From positions 80,602,001 to 80,666,000 of the forward strand of contig NC_045696.1 in NCBI RefSeq assembly GCF_009834535.1: a DNA stretch of 64,000 nucleotides, written 5' to 3'. Positions 52,750 through 64,000 of the stretch are shown here, piece by piece. Below the pieces are notes generated by a model, which was given only the letters and a program-made list of their open reading frames with translations, was not told the DNA's origin and made no database searches. This stretch comes from Camelus ferus (lineage: Eukaryota). The position numbers were made by a program, and so were the translations under genes. Each line of letters starts with the position of its first letter. The stretch's first letter is position 1.

Positions 52750-53320
52750 TCATTCATTCATTCAAAAAACATTTATTGATGCTCTACTTATCATGCATCA
52801 GGTACTGTGCTGGAGATGTCAGTGGTGAACAAGAAAGACACACTCCTGCCCTCATGGACGAATTTCCCTAGCCTGGTATCCAAGACTCATCACATTCCAG
52901 CTTGTCCACTGTTTCAGCCTCATCTTCTCTCTGTTTCTCCCCTCCTCCCTCCCTAAGCTCCAGCAGTAACAAACTGGACATGGTACTCTGAACACACCAG
53001 GATATTTCATGCCTCCAATGCCCTACCTTTCCTCAAGCTTTGTTCAGTTAGTAATTTCCTATTCTTCCTTCACAACTCTCCTCTGTGAAACTTTCCCTGA
53101 CCCACCCGCCCAGATTATAACCATTCCTTATTCTGTGCTCCCTTTGTATCTTGCACACATTCTTTTGCACACATCACACCCTATTGTGATTAAGTGTGTG
53201 CTCTCAGTGACCTCTCTCATTACACTGTGAACTCTCCAAGGGCTGAGGACAGTTCTGCATCCAGTAGGCCCTGATGGAGAGCCTGTTAGAAATGGTCCAT
53301 AAATACTGGCAAACAGAATT
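52750..53320. mobile_element. L2 remnants (two fragments, opposite orientations)
   Basis: CATTCATTCATTCAAAAAACATTTATTG...GAACAAGAAAGACACACTCCTGCCCTCATGGA, followed by a pyrimidine-rich L2 body. Confidence 0.6.
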
Positions 53321-54949
53321 GAAATACTTGTATGCCATGGTTAACAAGAGTAACGCTTGCACAGTATTCTTGGTTTAATTTTATTTACTTGCTAAAATTC
53401 AGAAACAAAAAAGACAAGTGCTTTTTTATCATCTTGGTTTAAAGTCATTAAAGAAATGAAAACGGGGTTGAATTTATATTCCATTCAAAGGATTATTAGC
53501 ACTTACCCATTTGACTTTGTATAAACGGTACTCAGTTTAAAGATAAAATTTAAATTCAGTATTTAAAGTTGCATAACTACTAAGGGAAATACTATTCATA
53601 ATTATTAAGTATGATCTGAAATAGTATAAAGACTTTTATCTTTCCTTAAACTTTTAAAAAATATTATCCTTTACAATTGTTAAACTTTTTCTACATAATA
53701 TACTCAAAGTAATACACTCAAACAGTATAGAAGCACAGAAAATGTAAAGTTTCCCTTTTCTATGCCCTACCTGAACTTCCATATCTTTTCCTCAGGAGTA
53801 AATATATAAATTCTTTTGTGTACACTTCCAGAAATTTCTGTGTGTATGCAAAAATATATAATACACAATTTATCCCACAAAATGATCCTATTATATTATA
53901 TTTATTCTTAGAATTAAACTTAATCTAATTTCTAACCCATTCCAAAGCTATTTCATTTTCATACCTAAATCAATCAATTCATTTTGTTCCCTGATGTCAC
54001 ACTCAAAGCCAAATCTATTTTTTGTACTGCTTTGGTCTTTACTGTGTCTTATCTGTCCATGTTCCTAACTTGACCTGGTCTCTCTCAGTGTTTTGCAATA
54101 TATAGGCTGGTTTAAAAAAAAGCAAGAGGGATTGTTTTACCTAAAATACCTGAAAATTGATTTAATTCTTATTTGTTTATCAGAGAAATCTTAGTTTTCA
54201 TCTTATTTACATCCATCCTTTAGTTCAATTCATTCTTCTTCTAGTTCGTACACACATCTACTTTTCTGTTATGTGGTTTTACCTTTCATCATATTAGAAG
54301 TTTCTGCCAAACCATATTTTACTAATGTCACAATCCTTTTACTGAGTATATCTTTCTAAACCAGATCACTGACCTTGCCTTATCTGGGCTCATAAGTCAT
54401 TGCCATTTTGAATTTGTTCTGTAATTTTTTTTCAGTTTAGTTTAAATCTGTTTTAAAAACAGTGTGTTAAATCCATATGAGTGGGCTAATTTTACCTCGA
54501 GTAAACAGATACTTACGTTGAGCAACTGAGCCTTCTTCTACCATTCACATACCATACTGCCTGGAATTTTACCAATGAAGACTCATTCCTTCAGGCTAAA
54601 TATGGACCCTTTTCTGCTCTCTTTCTTAAGATGTAAATAACCTACAGAGGTGTGACATATTGAAACAAAACTGTAGTGAGAATATTTGTATAATTTAAGG
54701 TAAATTGATAGCTCCATTGGAAAAATTCTGGATGGAATAAGAGATATAGAGTTGGAGTTTTTCCTGATGAAGAAGAGGGAAATAAGTATTACCTAATTCC
54801 TGCTTTTGCCTAAGGTCTACGTTGTTTTCAACTTGTTAAAATTTTTTCCAGTGAAGTTAGTTGTGCCCATGTGCTATAGGCAACATAAGGTACTCCAGTG
54901 ACCATCTGTTTAGGGGACAGGAGACCTGTCCTCTTTCTCTCTCTCCTCC

Positions 54950-55870
54950 CTTTCTTTCTTGCAACAAATATTTACTGGATGCTTATTTTGTGCCAGGCAC
55001 TATTCTAGGCACTGGGGATACAATGATAAAACAGACAAAGATCTTTGCCCTTCAGGGAGGAGACAGACAAATATAATGAATAAGTAAATGATATACTATA
55101 TTAGAAGGTGATATGTTCTTTAAAAAATGAGCAAGATAGGAGAGATCAGGTGTCACTGGGGTATAAATGGACAGTTTGTAATTTTCAACAAGAAGACTGA
55201 TACAGACTCATTGAAAAGAAGTCTTCTGAACAAAAGAGGTGGAATTAACCTTAGAGATACCCAGAAGAAAAGCATTCCAGGCTGCGGAGAGAGCCAGGGA
55301 AAGACCATAAGGTGGGAGTGTGCCTGGAGTGTTCAAGGCCTAGGAGGTGGTCACTGCATTTAGAGGGCAGCAAGAAAGGGGCAGAGCAATAGAAGATAAG
55401 GTTGGGAAGATATGGGAGACCAAATGGTGGTGGGTTCTGGAGGTACTACTTCAGTGCAGTGGGGAGCTGCTACAGGATTTGGAACAGAGCACAAAAATGG
55501 CATGAAATGACTTTGGTTTAAAGGGGTCACTCTGACTGCTCCTTGAGAATAGACTGTTGGGAGCAAGAGTAGAAGCAGGGAGATCAGTTAGACTATTGCA
55601 GAAATCTAGGTGTGAGATGATGGCGGCTTAGACAAGTGTGGTGGAGTAGGAGGGGGAGGATTCTGTATCTATTTTGAAGATGGAGCAAACATGATTTGTT
55701 GATAGATTAGATATTGGGCTGTAAAGGAAAGGAAGATAAAAATGATTCCAAGGTTTTTGGCCTGGGTAACTGAAAGGATGGTGTTACCATCAACCAAAAC
55801 TGGGAAAAGGATTCAGGGAACAACAAGAGTGCATCTGGGGGCATGTTCAGTGTGAGACGCCTGTTGGATT
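54950..55870 (-). mobile_element. L2 LINE 3' fragment
   Basis: CAACAAATATTTACTGGATGCTTATTTTGTGCCAGGCACTATTCTAGGCACTGGGGATACAATG...GATTCCAAGGTTTTTGGCCTGGGTAACTG. Confidence 0.85.
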
Positions 55871-57048
55871 TCTGGATGTAACTGGTTGTCTAATCTGAGG
55901 GAAGCCACTTAACTTCTCCAGGCTTCATCTGTAAAAAGAGACATTTGGACCAGAGAAACTCCAAGGTCCTTCCAACATTTTTTGATTCTAAGTTTTACTT
56001 GACTAAGTTGTTTTTGTGCTAATTTACATGATTATTTGTGTAGGTTGTCACAGATTAAATTTTAGTTTTGTAATTTTAAACACAGAGGTCAGGGTAAGTC
56101 TTGTTGAAAAGGCGACTTTTAGACAAATGAAATACAAAAGCTAACCACAACCATGTTTAGGGAAGAGAGTCTCATGCAAGGAAAAGCACCAATGTTAAGG
56201 ACCCCGAGGTAAGAGTGAGCCTGTTCATGAAATGGTTCAATTTGATAAGGTTGGTTAAATAAAGGCACATCCTTGACTGATTAAGCCCACTAAGAGAGCA
56301 AAAAGTCTATAATGAGGGGAAAAGACGTTAAACGGTCTTAAAGGATTCAAAAGCTAGTGGAACATCAAATAGCTTCTAGAAAAACAACAATTTGATGATT
56401 CAACCATAAATGAATCAGAAACATAAGAACACTTTTCCCTTTAAATGACTCGGAATAAAAATTCAGACATAAAACTCTTGGCAAATACACTTTAGATGAC
56501 TTTGTAACCCTTTCTTCCTCTTCAAAAAAGTTTAAATTTTAAAATTTCAAATTACAATTTTCATAAACAATCTCAAACTTAGCAATAATGAAACAATCTG
56601 GTTTTTAACAAAATAATGCCAATCCCATCAAAGAATAGGATAACTACTATAAAAATCATACAAATCATGAAATAATGAACTTTCCAATTACATGAAATCC
56701 TTTATAGTTAGGAGATTTAAAATTAAATAAAAGCAAGGGAGATTTCCTCATGAAACAGGCAAAATCTTTTCTGGTTTTGGTATTTTCTAGGATTCTTACA
56801 TTTCTGATGATTTTGAGTAGGCCAAGTATATTCTTCTTTTTTTTTCTTTCCCTCTAAATCCCCCTAATCTAAATCTGTTGATATCTGACACAAACCTGGA
56901 AAAATTGGGAGAGATACTTTATTAATTTAGATGGAATGTGAGACCCCTCCTGGCTTCCTGGGGCTGGAATAATTGAAATGTAAATGGGAAAGAACAGAGA
57001 GGAGGTTGGGTCAGGTGAGAAGTGGCAGTCCATGCCTGTATGTGTGGA

Positions 57049-57049
<1 letters not shown>

Positions 57050-57093
<44 letters not shown>
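57050..57093 (+). repeat. (GT)n microsatellite
   Basis: About 22 TG units, with TGTGTGGAATGT at both ends (57041-57052 and 57088-57099). Confidence 0.97.
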
Positions 57094-57094
<1 letters not shown>

Positions 57095-57419
57095 AATGTA
57101 GATAGGAGACAGTTATCACCCAGGAAGATAGATTCCAAGTCTCAGACTGTGGCCCTATGTAATAATAATAACAGAAAAGCCATACAGAGCACTTACTATG
57201 TGGTGGGGCATGCATTTTACATATATGTAATAATATCTTTCTTTCATTTTGACAAGTGAAATACATTCCATTGCCTTCTACCTTCTAGTGTTACAAAGGA
57301 GAATTTCACTGCCAGCCTATTTCCCCTCCCTATCCCCTCTTTACTGATAACTAATTCATTCTGTCTGGCAGCTTGCAAGATTTTCCTCTTTATCCTTGGG
57401 CAAATAGTAACAGAAAATA

Positions 57420-57600
57420 CTTAAAGATCGCTTACTATGCACTGGAAATGTTCAAAGCATATCACATATATTAATACATTTAATCACCACAGTAACACTG
57501 TGAAACTATTACAATGGTTATCATTGTTTTACAGGTGAGAAAACAGAGAAGTTGAATAAGCTGTCCAAGTTAAATAACCTGCACATAGTTGAGCCAAGAG
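57420..57600 (-). mobile_element. MIR SINE
   Basis: ATATTAATACATTTAATCACCACAGTAACACTGTGA...TTTTACAGGTGAGAAAACAGAG...TCCAAGT. Confidence 0.6.
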
Positions 57601-58282
57601 AGCGGATGCATGGAAGAGAACACAGGAGACAAAACTATTGTAAATGCTGTTTAAAAGGCACTGTGCTTCACAGGGTGCAGGAAATTTGAAAGAGAAATTA
57701 TGTCAAGGATGATGGAACTGTGGAGCTACCAGTACCCTGGTGTGTGCAGCAGGGGAAACTAATTGAAGAAAATTGTCTGGGCCCAATGCTGGGAGACTGT
57801 CTTGGGGTAGATTACAATCTCTTCCACTTTAAAAATCTGCTTAGGAAGAAATAAAATCTTGACCATGGCTTATGTGGCCATGCAGGATTTGGGCCCCTGT
57901 ACATTTCTCCACTGTAAACACTTATGTTTTTGTTTCTTTTGTTTTGGTTGCCCAGCCCTGCAAATATCCCTCCCTCTGTTGGGAACTTCATGACACTTCC
58001 AGATCTTACCTCCCTGCACAAGCCATACAGCTCTTGCAGCTTCACTTTTATCAAGGGTAGAAACTACATCAGATGTGAATGACTGAAGAACTGGCAATAT
58101 TTAACCTGGAGAAGAGGAGATTTTGGTGGGGGTGGGTGGGTGGGTGAAGGAAACCATTGATAGAGACCTCTTCAAATATTTGGAGAGCCGGCAAATGAAA
58201 GAAGGCTGTGGCTTAAGAGCAGAAACAGGATGATTGTGGGGGAGGAGAAGTCAGGGTAGAAAGAGTGAGATAGCTGCTAACT

Positions 58283-58634
58283 ATTAGAGAAATGCAAATC
58301 AAAACTACAATGAGTAACACCTCACATCAGTAAGAATGGCCATTATTAAAAAGTCCACAAATAACAAATGCTGGAGAGGATGTGGAGAAAAACAAAACTT
58401 CCTACGCTGTTGGTGGGAAAAATTTGGTTCAGCTACTATGGAGATTCCTTAAAAAACTAAAAATAGACTTACATATAATCCAGCAATTCCACTCCTGGGC
58501 ATATATCAGGAGAAATCTATAATTCAAAAAGATACATGCACCCCAACGTTCATAACACCACTATTTACAATAGCCAAGACATGGAAGCAACCTAAATGTC
58601 CATTGACAGATGAATGGATAAAGAAGATGTGGGA
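58283..58634 (+). mobile_element. Older L1 3' fragment, left arm (split by a nested L1)
   Basis: ATTAGAGAAATGCAAATCAAAACTACAATGAG...CCATTGACAGATGAATGGATAAAGAAGATGTGG, the end of ORF2; it continues at 61146. Confidence 0.88.
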
Positions 58635-61145
58635 AAATATTAGCAAAAAGAATCCAACAGCACATAAAAAAGATTACACATCATGATCAAGTAGGGTTCA
58701 TCCCAGGGACACAAAAGTGGTTCAACATGCACGAATCAATCAATGTAATACATTGTATCAATAAGAGAAAGGACAAAAACCACATGATCATCTCAGTAGA
58801 TGCAGAAAAAGCATTTGATAAAATTCAACACCCATTTATGATAAAAACTCACCAAAGTGGGTATAGAGAGAACATATCTCAACATAATAAAAGCCATATA
58901 TGACATACCTACAGCCAGCATAGTACTCAATGGTGAAAAACTCAAAAGCTTTCCACTAAAATCTGGGACAAGACAAGGCTGCCCACTATCACCACTCCTA
59001 TTCAACATAGTCTTGGAAGTCCTAGCTACAGCAATCAGGCAAGAGAGAGAAATAAAAGGGACCAAAATTGGAAAAGAAGAGGTAAAGTGTCACTATATGC
59101 CTATGACATGATACTACATATAGAAAACCCTAAAAGCTCCAGACTACTAGAACTAATCGAAGAATTCAGCAAGGTAGCAGGTTACAAGATTAACGTTCAA
59201 AAATCAGTTGCATTTCTTTACACTAACAATGAATCAACAGAAAAAGAAAGTAAACAATCCCTTTTAAAATAGCACCCAAATACCTAGGAATACATCTAAC
59301 CAAGGAGGTGAAAGACTTATACACGGAAAACTATAAAACACTGATGAAGGAAATTAAAGAAGACTTAAAAAAATGAAAAGATATCTCATGCTCCTGGATT
59401 GGAAGAATCAATATTGTTTAAATGGTCACACTGCCCAAAGCAATCTACAGATTTAATACAATCCCTATCAAATTACCCAGGACATATTTCACAGAACTAG
59501 AACAAATCATAATAAAATTTGTATGGAACCACAAAAGACCTAGAATTGCCAAAGCATTACTGAAGAAAAAGAAAGAGGCTGGAGGAATAACTCTCCCAGA
59601 CTTCAGACAATACTACAGAGCTACAGTCATCAAGACAGCATGGTCTTGGTACAAAAACAGACATATGGACCAATGGAACAGAATAGAGAGCCCAGAAATG
59701 AACCCACAAATTTTTGGTCAACTAATCTTTGACAAAGGAGGCAAGAATATACAATGGAATAAAGACAGTCTCTTCAGCAAATGGTGTTGGGAAAACTGGA
59801 CAGCAGCATGTAAATTAATGAAACTAGAACACTCCCTTACACCATACACAAAAATAAACTCAAAATGGATTAAAGACTTAAACACAAGACAAGATACAAT
59901 AAAACTCCTAGAAGAAAACATAGGCAAAACATTATCTGACATACATCTCAAAAATGCTCTCCTAGGGCAGTCTACCCAAGCAATAGAAATAGAAGGAAGA
60001 ATAAACAGATGGGACCTAATTGAACTTACAAGATTCTGCACAGCAAAGGAAACCATAAACAAAACAAACGACAACCTATGGAATGGGAGAAAATTTTTGC
60101 AAACGATGAAACCAATAAAGGCTTGATCTCCAGAATATATAAGCAGCTCATACGACATAATAAGAAAAAAACAATCAACCCAATCCAAAAATGGGCAGAA
60201 GACCTAAACAAGCAATTCTCCAAGGAAGAAATACAAATGACCAATAGGCACATGAAAAAATGCTCAATATCACTAATTATCAAAGAAATGCAAATCAAAA
60301 CTACAATGAGGTATCACCTCACACCAGCTAGAATGGCCATCATTCAAAAGCCCACAAATGACAAATGCTGGAGAGGCTGTGGAGAAAAGGGAACCCTCCT
60401 ACACTGTTACTGGGAATGCAGTTTGGTGCAGCCACTGTGGAAAACAGTATGGAGATTCCTCAAAAGACTAGGAATAGACTTACCATATGACCCAGGAATC
60501 CCGCTCCTGGGCATTTATCCAGAAGGAACCCTACTTCAAAAAGACACCTACACCCCAATGTTCATAGCAGCACTATTTACAATAGCCAAGACATGGAAAC
60601 AGCCTAAATGTCCATCAACAGATGACTGGATAAAGAAGATGTGATACATTTATACAATGGAATACTATTCAGCCACAAAAATGACAACATAACGTCATCT
60701 GCAGCCACATGGATGTCCCTGGAGAATGTCATTCTAAGTGAAGCAAGCTAGAAAGAGAAAGAAAAATACCATATGAGATAGCTCATATATGTAATCTAAA
60801 AAAAAAAAAAAAAGAACAAAAAAAAAAGAACATAAATACAAACAGAAACAGACTCATAAGATAGAATACAAACTTGTGGTTGCCAAGGGGGAGAGGGGTC
60901 GGAAGGGACAGACTGGGATTTCAAATTTTGTAGATACTGACAGGCATATGCAGAATAGAATAACAAGATTATACTATATAGCACAGGGAAATATATACAA
61001 AATCTTGTGGTAGCTCACAGCGAAAAAAAAATGTGACAATGAATATATGTATATTCATGTAGAACTGAAAAATTGTGCTCTACACTGGAATTTGACACAA
61101 GATTGTAAAATGACTGTAACTCAATTAAAAAATGTTAAAAAAAAA
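58635..61145 (+). mobile_element. Young 5'-truncated L1 (ORF2 RT and C-terminal domains, 3' UTR, A tail); inactive
   Basis: ORF2 pieces [29 protein letters not shown], a 234-aa ORF at 59422-60126 and [18 protein letters not shown]. Multiple frameshifts. Flanked by AAGATGTGGGA direct repeats. Confidence 0.96.
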
Positions 61146-61660
61146 AAGATGTGGGATATATATACAATGGAATACTACTCAGCCACAAAATAGAGCAAAA
61201 TTTTGCCATTTGCAGCAACATGGATGGACCTAGAGATTATTTTACTAAGTGAAGTCAGAAAGAGGAAGACCAATACCATATGATATCATTTATATGTGGA
61301 ATCTAAAATACAATACAAATGAACTTACTTATGAAACAGAAACAGACTCTCAGACATAGAAAACGAACTTCTGGTAACCAAAGGGGAAAGGTGGTGGGGT
61401 GGTGATAAATTAAGGATTTTGGGATTAGCAGATATAAACTTATATATAACATAGATAAACAACTGTAAAGGTCCTACTGTGTAGCACAGGGAACTATATT
61501 CAATATCCTGTAATAAACCATAATGGAAAAAATCTGAAAAAGAGTAAATATGCATATCATGTGTATATGTACATATAACTGAATCACTTTGCTGTACATC
61601 AGAAACTAATACGATATTGTTAATCAGCTATACTTCAACTTAAAAAATAAAAATAAAGTA
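61146..61660 (+). mobile_element. Older L1 3' fragment, right arm
   Basis: Resumes AAGATGTGGGATATATATACAATGGAATACTACTCAGCC... through the 3' UTR to an A-rich tail. Confidence 0.88.
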
Positions 61661-61676
61661 GAAAAAGTCAGTGACA

Positions 61677-61824
61677 ATAAAAAGAAAGAAAGAAAGAAAA
61701 GAAAGAGAAAGAAAAAGAAAGAGAAAGAAAGAGAGAAAGAAAAAGAAAGAAAGGAAGGAAGGAAGAAAGGTAAAAGAGAAAAGAGAAAAGAGAAGAAAAA
61801 AAAGAAAAGAAAAGAAAAGAAGAA
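61677..61824 (+). repeat. Purine-only (GAAA/GGAA/GAAAA)n low-complexity tract
   Basis: About 145 bp almost entirely of A and G. Confidence 0.95.
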
Positions 61825-61865
61825 GCCAAGCTGTTGGGGAGAAACACATTCTTCAAAATGATTGC

Positions 61866-62000
61866 TTTTTTTTTTTTTTTTTGAGGCAGAGGTAATTAGG
61901 TTTATTCATGTATTTATATTTGGGGGAGGTATTGGGGATTGAAGCCAGAACTCATGCATGCTAAGCATGGGCTCTACCACTGAGCTATTTCTCTCACCCC
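61866..62000 (-). mobile_element. tRNA-derived SINE (Vic-1-like, more diverged) with TSD
   Basis: Minus strand ATAGCTCAGTGGTAGAGCCCATGCTTAGCATGCATGAG...CTTCAATCCCCAATACCTCC...CCTAATTACCTC plus poly(A). AATGATTGC occurs at 61857-61865 and 62004-62012. Confidence 0.85.
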
Positions 62001-62019
62001 AAGAATGATTGCCTTCTGT

Positions 62020-64000
62020 ACAATTTTTTTAAAATCAACTTTCTTGAGGTATAGTTTACATATATAATAAAAGGATCTATTTTAAATGTACATTTTCTTG
62101 AATTTTGACAAATGAATATACCCATGTAACTAATCAAGATACTGCACATTTTTGTTACCCTACAAAGTCTCCTTTTGCTCCATTCCAATCACCTGCTCCT
62201 GCCCCCAGCCCTAGCTTACCACTAATCTGATTTTGGTTACTAAATCTAGAATTTCATATAAGTGTAATCATACATTTTATATGTGGCTTCTTTCACTCGG
62301 CACAACGTTTTTGCAATTCATCACTGTCATAGCATGTATCAGTTGTTCATTTCTACATACCTGTCAATAGTAGTCTATTGAATAGATATACCAAACTTAC
62401 TTATCCATCGTTTATTGATGGACATTTACCTTGTTTCTAAATGTTTGTTATCTTGAAGCTGCTATGACCATTTAACAAATGTTTTTGTGGACATGTGTTC
62501 ATTTATCTTGGGTAAATACATAGGAGTCAAATTGCTAGGTTACACAGTCAGTGCATATTTAACTTTTTAAGAAATTGCCAAGCTCTTTGCCAAAATGGGT
62601 GTGCTATTTTCATTCCTACCAGCAATGTATGAGATTTCCAGTTGCTCCACACCCTTGTTGACATTATGTGTTGTAAGTCTTTAAATTGGAGCCCTCTCAT
62701 AGACCTACAGTGTATATCATCACAGTTTTAACTTGCACTTTCCTAATGACTAATGATTTTGGATTTTGAGCATTTTTTCATGTTTGTTGTTCCCTTAGCT
62801 TCTTTAGTGAAGTATCTGTTCCAATCCTTTCTCCATTTTCCATGAGTTGTTCTATGAGTTATAACATTCTTTATATTGTCTGAATAAAAGTCCTTTATCA
62901 GGATTATGTTTTGCAAATACTTTATAAAAATCCATGGCTTGAATTTTATTTTCTGAACAGTATCATTCTAAGAGGAAAAGTTATTAATCTTGATGAAGTC
63001 CAATTTATTCTTTCTTTCGGTTCAGGCTTTTTGCATCCTATCTAAAAAAATCTTAGTCCAACTGAAGGTTACAAAGATTTTCTCCTATAAGTTTTATTAT
63101 TTTAGCTCTTACACTTAGGTCTATATCCATTTGGAGGTTAAGTTTTGAATATGGTGTAAGATAAAGGTCAAAGTTCATATTTTTTCAACTGGAAATACAA
63201 TGGTTCCATCATCATTTGTTGAAAATACAGTTATTTCATTACTGAATTACCTTGGTATATCTTTGTCAAAAATCAAATGATCCTTTTATGTATGAGTCTA
63301 TCTTTAGACTCTATTCTGTGTCACTGATCTCTATGTCTATTCTTACACAGGCACCATAATCTTGATTAACGTAGCTTTACAGTTAATCTTGAAACAAGTA
63401 GTATGTCTCCCCCTACTTTATTCTTCCTTTTCAAAACTGTTTTTCCTATTTTAGATTTTTTGCATTACCACATAAAATTTATAATCAATTTGTTAATTTC
63501 TAAACAAAAATCTTCTGGGGTTTTGGTTGGTATTATATTGAATCAATAGGTAAATCTGGGGAAAACTGTATATTATGTCTCTTTAATTATGGAGGCCTTC
63601 TTTAATTTTCTGAGTAGTCTTTTGTAATTTTCAGTGTATGAGTCTAGTTTGTTTTTTGTTTAAATTTTCCTTAAGTATATTATGTTTTTGATGCTGTTGT
63701 AAGTGGTATTTAAAATTTTCAATTTCTAATTGTGGCTAATATGACAATTGATTTTTGTATACTAACATGGTTTCCTGTAGTTTTCCTAAACTTAGATCTT
63801 GTAGTGTTTTTGGAGATTTCTTAATCTTTTCTATGTACATGATTATGTTCTCTGTGAGTAAATACAATTTTACTTCTTCCTTTGCAATCTGCTTGCCTTT
63901 TATTTCTTTTTCTCACTTTATTCTACTGATTAGGCCTCCCACTACAGTGTTGAATAGAAGTGGAAGGAATAGATACCCTTGCTTTTTGCATCTCCCATCA
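62020..64000 (-). mobile_element. Old degraded L1 (L1MC/L1MD/L1ME-like), runs off the window end
   Basis: TTGAGGTATAGTTTACAT...GATGGACATTTACCTTGTTTC...CCTACCAGCAATGTATGAG...ACAGTGTTGAATAGAAGTGG, collinear with antisense L1 3' UTR and ORF2. Confidence 0.88.

Noticed and set aside
59422..60644. Host protein-coding gene from the 234-aa and 188-aa ORFs
   Set aside because: These are frameshifted L1 ORF2 fragments.
61640..61895. Lys/Arg/Glu-rich and Phe/Leu/Ser-rich ORFs
   Set aside because: They are translations of the GA-rich simple repeat.
1..64000. CRISPR array, operon or other prokaryote-type system
   Set aside because: The sequence is mammalian intron and intergenic DNA, with no regularly spaced repeat-spacer array and no gene-dense region.

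Overview
This is mammalian genomic DNA, probably camelid: it carries two tRNA-derived SINEs resembling camelid Vic-1 and a young L1 with a camelid-type 3' UTR. No host protein-coding exon was found. A CpG island at about 33.8-35.45 kb is the promoter of a minus-strand gene with two apparent non-coding first exons (donors at 35137 and 34233). The first matches my recollection of the human FNDC3B 5' UTR, so positions 1-34.2 kb are probably its long first intron. That intron holds mostly ancient repeats, clustered AP-1/TEAD/E-box motifs and a few candidate extra exons. The upstream half (35.5-64 kb) is repeat-dense intergenic DNA with L1s (including one nested in another with a clear target-site duplication, TSD), L2, MIR, ERVL LTRs and SINEs. 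I found no convincing new multi-gene system. The most notable unexplained signals are a 28-nt element shared by both first exons, a candidate third internal promoter near 6 kb, and a TSD-flanked tail-only retroposon. Repeat family names are from recognition by eye, and their boundaries are approximate.
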